In this document: one piece after another, positions 59,606-64,000 of the stretch
Layout: each line of letters opens with the position of its first letter
How positions within the stretch are numbered: position 1 is the stretch's first letter
DNA from: Pelagomonas calceolata
Lineage: Eukaryota
NCBI GenBank assembly: GCA_918797485.1
Contig: CAKKNE010000006.1
Span: 3,100,001-3,164,000, forward strand
Direction of reading: 5' to 3'
DNA length: 64,000 bases
Program-made: the position numbers and the translations under genes
Notes under the pieces: generated by a model
Database searches by the model: none
The model's input: only the letters and a program-made list of their open reading frames with translations
What the model was told of the DNA's origin: nothing

Positions 59606-60420
59606 ATGAGGCCCCTCCTGCTCTACATCGCAGTGTTGGGCTGCCCCCGGCGGCGGCCGACACCTGCAACAAAAACAAACACTGTGAAGATGACGAGTTC
59701 TGTAACTGCGACACGAACGGGGGCAGCTGTAAGAACCGCCTGTCGCAGTGCCAGACTGCGCGAGCGTCGGGCAGCCGAGCTTCGCCACGGGCACGGACAC
59801 CTGCGAACGCTACGAGTCCGCCTGCGGCTACAACTGCGACGGTTCGGACTACCCGGCGACGGCGCCGGCGCCGACGCCGCAGCCGCACCGTGGCGATCGA
59901 AGGGGACACCATCGTGGTCGGGGCCCACTACGACGACGACGGCGGCTCCAACTCGGGCTCTGCCTACGTCTTCCGCACGAGCGACGATGGCGCCACGTAC
60001 GTTGAGGTGGCCAAGCTGACGGCCGCCGATGCCGCGTCGTCCGACTACTTCGGCGCCTCTGTGGCGATCGCCGGCGATACGATCGTGGTCGGGGCTATAG
60101 GCGACGACGACGACGCCTGTCCCGACAATATGAACTGCGACTCGGGCTCGGTCTACGTCTTCCGCGAGGAGGGCTCGGGAGGCGCGGCCGGCGCGGCCAC
60201 GGCGAGCGTCGGCCTCATCGTCGGCCTCGTCGTCGTCGCCGCCGTCCTCGTGGTCGCGGGACGCCTCGCGCTGAACCGCTTCCGGTCCCAGAGCCGCGCG
60301 AGCGAGCAGGCCGCGGCCGCCGACGCCGAGGACATCAAGCTGGAAGCGGCGTTCTCGGACGCCGCGGACGAGATGGCGGCCGCCGAACCGTCGACCGGCC
60401 AGAAGCAGGCCGCGCCCTGA
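59606..60420 (+). pseudogene. Frameshifted surface protein: signal peptide, Cys-rich region, FG-GAP repeats, TM helix
   Basis: The coding signal switches frame near 59650, 59750 and 59885 with no intron-sized gaps. VAIEGDTIVVGA...GSAYVF and FGASVAIAGDTIVVGA; TM VGLIVGLVVVAAVLVV. Confidence 0.65.
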
Positions 60421-60565
60421 AAAAATCATCCCCTCCCCTCCCCTCCCCATACTTGGAACCGACGAACCCCTCTGCGCTCCAAGAGTGCAAGGCCCTTCGC
60501 GCCCGCGCCGGCGACACGTCGGCGCGCGGAATACTAACCATCGATAAATCGCACAAACACAACAT

Positions 60566-62144
60566 TTACCCGAGCGCCCGGAGCGCCCGCGCAACTCGCA
60601 CGTCGCCCGGCGCGAGGGCGTCGGCCGCGAGGAGGTCGGCGCGCGCGCCCGGCGCGTCGCCCAGGCGCTGCAAGGCGTAGGCCCGCTCTAGAAGGGCCTC
60701 CGCGTACGCCGGCCGGAGCTGTAGCGCGTCGCCGAGCGGGCCCAGCGCGGCGTCGAACGCGTCCGCGCCGAGGTAGAACCGCGCGAACTTGAGGTGCGCC
60801 GCCGCGAGCGCCTCGGAAGAAGGCGGGTGGGCCCGCGTCGGCGCCGCGCGCTCGGCCGCGTGGGCGCCGCGGCACCGCTCGATCGTTTCGGAGGCTTCCT
60901 CGGGCCGGCCCGCGGCGTGCAGGGCCTCGGCCAGCAGCACGGCGACCTCGGGCTGGAGGCACCGCGTCAGAGCCACGGCCCGCCCGAGGGCCGCGACGGA
61001 CTCGTCAAAGCGCCCCAGGTGCGCCGCGGCGACGCCCGCGGAGTGCAGCGCGCGGACGTCGTCGGGCGCGCGCGCCAGGACGGCGCGCGCGCGCCGCAGG
61101 CGGTCCGTCGCCGGCCACTGCGCCTGCTCGCCGACGGCGAGGGCCTCGCCGACGTTGAGCGTCGCGTGCGTCCAGCCGCGCGGCACGTACAGGACGTCGC
61201 CCGGCGCCTGGAGGCAGCCCCCCCGGAGGATCGCCGCCCAGTCCCGGATCGACGCGAGGGGGTGGACCTGTGTGGAAATCAACCAGTGCGTCGGGTGCAT
61301 CCGACAATTCTTCACTAAGTCATTTCTCGGCGATGGCGCGGCCGTTCTGGCCCCGTCGAGGAAAGAGGAACCGGCGTCGCCACGCCATCGAGCAGGCGTC
61401 GCGTCGATGGCGTGGAGGTCGACGCGACGATTCAGCACGAACGCGCCGTAACATTTTGATTTCCACACAGCGGTGGACGGCCCCCTCTTCATCGATCGCG
61501 GTGCCCGGCGCGCGCAGGAACCAGCGCTTGCGGCCGGCGACGAGGCCGAGCCACGCCTCGCCGTGCGCATGCGGCGGCAGGCCCGACCGCGAGGGCCCGA
61601 GGCTGAGGAGGCCGTAGGACGCCGCCGCCGGGAAGGCCCGCGCCAGGACCGGCGGCGCCGCGAAGTCCCTCGCGAGCTCCGGCAGCGTGCCGAGGAGCCG
61701 CGCGTCGAAGGCGACGGCGTCGGACCCGTTCCGCATCTGGCGGAGGAGATCTCTAAGAGTGGCGTGGTTCGCGGCGCCGCCGCCCGCGTATATAATGTCC
61801 GAGCCCGTGCCGACGTTCGCCGCTCGATCGCCGAAGTGCTCGAGCAGGTACGCACGCGTCCACTTTTCGAGCGCGGGCCAGTGCGCCGCGGCCCCGCGCA
61901 GCAGCAGGGGCTTCTTGCCGCGGTACTCCGCCTCGAAGTCTCGTAACGAGATCGCGGCCGCGGCGTCGACGTCGCAGCCGTTTGGTGGGAGGCCGCGGAG
62001 CAGGTCCGCCGCCCCGGCGTCGCCGCGCCAGCCATTCCTCGGCGCTACTTTCTGCCGCGCCGCGAGGCGTCCGACGACTGCTACGGCTGCCGCGGCGGCC
62101 CACCACCACTTGTTGTGGCTCTGTCGTGCGCGCTTCCGCGGCAT
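60566..62144 (-). CDS. JmjC (JMJD8-like) + TPR protein
   Basis: N-terminal TM; KPLLLRG, GLPPHAHG...GRKRW, PGDVLYVPRGWTHATLN; C-terminal TPRs; intron 61268-61478. Confidence 0.85.
61268..61478 (-). mobile_element. Longest introner copy in the window (203-bp element)
   Basis: Perfect 15-bp TIR ctgtgtggaaatcaa / ttgatttccacacag; TSD gggtggac/cggtggac. Confidence 0.95.
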
Positions 62145-62480
62145 CTGGCGCTAGGGAACCATTGCTGCACTCTTGGGGCAGCGCGATTAGGCTGCCTTGC
62201 AAAGCCCACTCTGGGATGCTTGCTGTGAGATGCTAGTGCCTTACATGCCGCTAGCTACGCGGGGCCCCGGGGGGTGCCTGGCATCGTAAGGCATCATTGG
62301 AGATCATCATTGGTGCGTTCATACACACCAAACGATATATTTCCTGCCGCGACAGCGTCGCAAAGCTCAACCGCTTCGACGCGCGCTCAAGCGACACCCC
62401 AGGAACGAGGCTCACGCTAATTACGTCGCGGGGGTCCCCCTAGCCCTCCCGCTCCCCCACGGGCAGCAGCGACCTCAAAT

Positions 62481-63251
62481 ATGCCGGCTCCAACAAAAGC
62501 CTGCATCATATGTGGTGAAAAAGCGTCGCTCCGATGCAGCCGCTGTCGCCGAGGGCCGTTCTGCTCGGCGCCGTGCCAGCGAAGGGACTGGCCCGCGCAC
62601 CGGAAGTTGTGCGTCCAAGAGTCCCGCAAACCCGAGGTCGAGGCCAGGGCCGCGCGCAAGCCCAGCCCGATGGCGGACGTCGCGGCGGCGCTGGGGCCCG
62701 TGGAGGCCTGCATTAAGAGGAAGGGCGCGGCCGCACCGGAGGATATACAAAGGAGCGACCGGTGCGTGCTGACGCTCACGCCGATGCTCTTCGGGCGCTG
62801 TGGGGAGAGGGAGTGTGGCGGGGAGGGGGACGACTACGACCGGCTCCTGGCGTCGCCGCGGTCGCTGCGGAGCGAAGCCGACGCCTTCGCGAAGGCCTGT
62901 GGACGGTTCGCGCTGCTGGAGCTGCTGCGGGACCCCGCGGCGGCCTTTTCGACGCTCGCCGGGCGCGACGGCGAGTGCTGCGTCGTGGAAGATTGCCGGG
63001 ACCTGGGCGACGACGTGTTCTTCACGCTGGCGCCCGCGAACGCGCCGCTGGACCGCACGCGGCGCGCCGAAGTCAATAGGGCGGTGCAGCGCGGCGCGGG
63101 CCGGTTGGACGACGTCACGGCGGCGACGGCTCAAAGATGCGGCAAGGGAGACGAGTGGGACCGGGCGTTCCGGGCCTGCGGCTGCGACCCGTCCAAGGTC
63201 GTCATAAGGGTCGACTGCGCGGACCCGGCCGCGACGTTCGAGCCCGAGTAG
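62481..63251 (+). CDS. MYND zinc-finger protein
   Basis: CIICG...CSRC...FCSAPCQRRDWPAHRKLC. Confidence 0.88.
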   Translation: MPAPTKACIICGEKASLRCSRCRRGPFCSAPCQRRDWPAHRKLCVQESRKPEVEARAARKPSPMADVAAALGPVEACIKRKGAAAPEDIQRSDRCVLTLTPMLFGRCGERECGGEGDDYDRLLASPRSLRSEADAFAKACGRFALLELLRDPAAAFSTLAGRDGECCVVEDCRDLGDDVFFTLAPANAPLDRTRRAEVNRAVQRGAGRLDDVTAATAQRCGKGDEWDRAFRACGCDPSKVVIRVDCADPAATFEPE

Positions 63252-63264
63252 GAACACACTTATG

Positions 63265-64000
63265 TTAGATTAGAGGATCCCACGCCGCGCGCGCGCCGCA
63301 GTAGACCGGCGCGTCGTTCTGGACGAGGTGCAGGACGTGCGTCAGACATCGGAGGTGCTCCGACGTGTGGTGCGTCACGAAGACGAGCGTGCCGCGGGCC
63401 GCGTAGGCCTCGGCCAGCGCCAGGACGCGGCCCCGCTGGAAGGCGTCGAGGCCCTGCGTGACCTCGTCCAGGATGAGGAGCCGCGGCCGCGCGGCGACGG
63501 CCGCGGCCACGAGCAGCAACTTCTGCTCGCCCTGCGACAGCGCGCGAAAGGGCCGCTCGAGGTCGCGCAGGCCGAGGCCCGCCGCGAAGGGCGCCGCGTC
63601 CTCGGCGCCGAAGAGCGCCAGCATGGCCCGGGCGCTTTGCGCGGACGCGGCGGCCCGCAGGTGCAGTTCCGTCGAGACCCAGGCGACGCTGCGGGTCGTC
63701 CGGACCTCGCCTTCGATGGATCGCGTCGCCGCCGGGCCCCACCGTACGCCGTCGTCGCCCGCGGGCCGCGTCAACAGCGCCGCGAGCGTCGACTTGCCGG
63801 CGCCGTTGCCGCCCGCGACGAGCCAGTGCTCGCCCGGCGCGACGGTCCAGTCGACGCCCCGCAGGATCGTCGTGTCACCGGTCGTGACGCCGAGGCCGCG
63901 CGCCTCGACTAACAAATCGTCTCCATCTAAAGGCGGGCCGAGGTCCCGTATCAGATCGGCGACGGGCGCGACGTCCGCGCGGGCCGTCGCCGCGAGCAGG
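63265..64000 (-). CDS. ModF-like soluble ABC ATPase; 5' part lies outside the window
   Basis: GEHW...GGNGAGKST, LSQGEQK, LLILDE...GLD and FVTHH. Confidence 0.8.
   Translation of the reverse strand, partial: LLAATARADVAPVADLIRDLGPPLDGDDLLVEARGLGVTTGDTTILRGVDWTVAPGEHWLVAGGNGAGKSTLAALLTRPAGDDGVRWGPAATRSIEGEVRTTRSVAWVSTELHLRAAASAQSARAMLALFGAEDAAPFAAGLGLRDLERPFRALSQGEQKLLLVAAAVAARPRLLILDEVTQGLDAFQRGRVLALAEAYAARGTLVFVTHHTSEHLRCLTHVLHLVQNDAPVYCGARAAWDPLI

Noticed and set aside
63265..64000. ModF-like ATPase as bacterial contamination
   Set aside because: Its composition and tight packing match the neighbouring genes; origin cannot be judged without a phylogeny.

Overview
This is eukaryotic nuclear DNA, not prokaryotic. 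It is very GC-rich and gene-dense (about 40 genes), with short spliceosomal introns, ASAF-type plastid leaders, CSN7, TRAPPC5, NKAP, RAD54 and a flagellar CCDC153-like gene. The style fits a pelagophyte alga (Pelagomonas/Aureococcus-like); this is an inference. Most ORFs in the supplied track are shadow frames caused by high GC3. I model 19 introns by hand. Many are introner-type elements with CTGTG...CACAG terminal inverted repeats (TIRs) and 8-bp target-site duplications (TSDs), and four need GC donors. The main candidate for a new system is a pair of unlinked genes carrying the same divergent RelA/SpoT-type (alarmone synthetase-like) nucleotidyltransferase domain fused to different sensor modules. 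One is a putatively myristoylated NTase-TPR-ankyrin protein (2673-5165). The other is a 1896-aa multipass receptor with LRR and C-type lectin domains (45432-51122). A near-identical 126-bp TPR repeat cassette also sits in-frame inside an unrelated sulfotransferase-like gene (28104-28823), which suggests the sensor repeats are mobile. All domain calls come from motif recognition by eye; no database searches were run.
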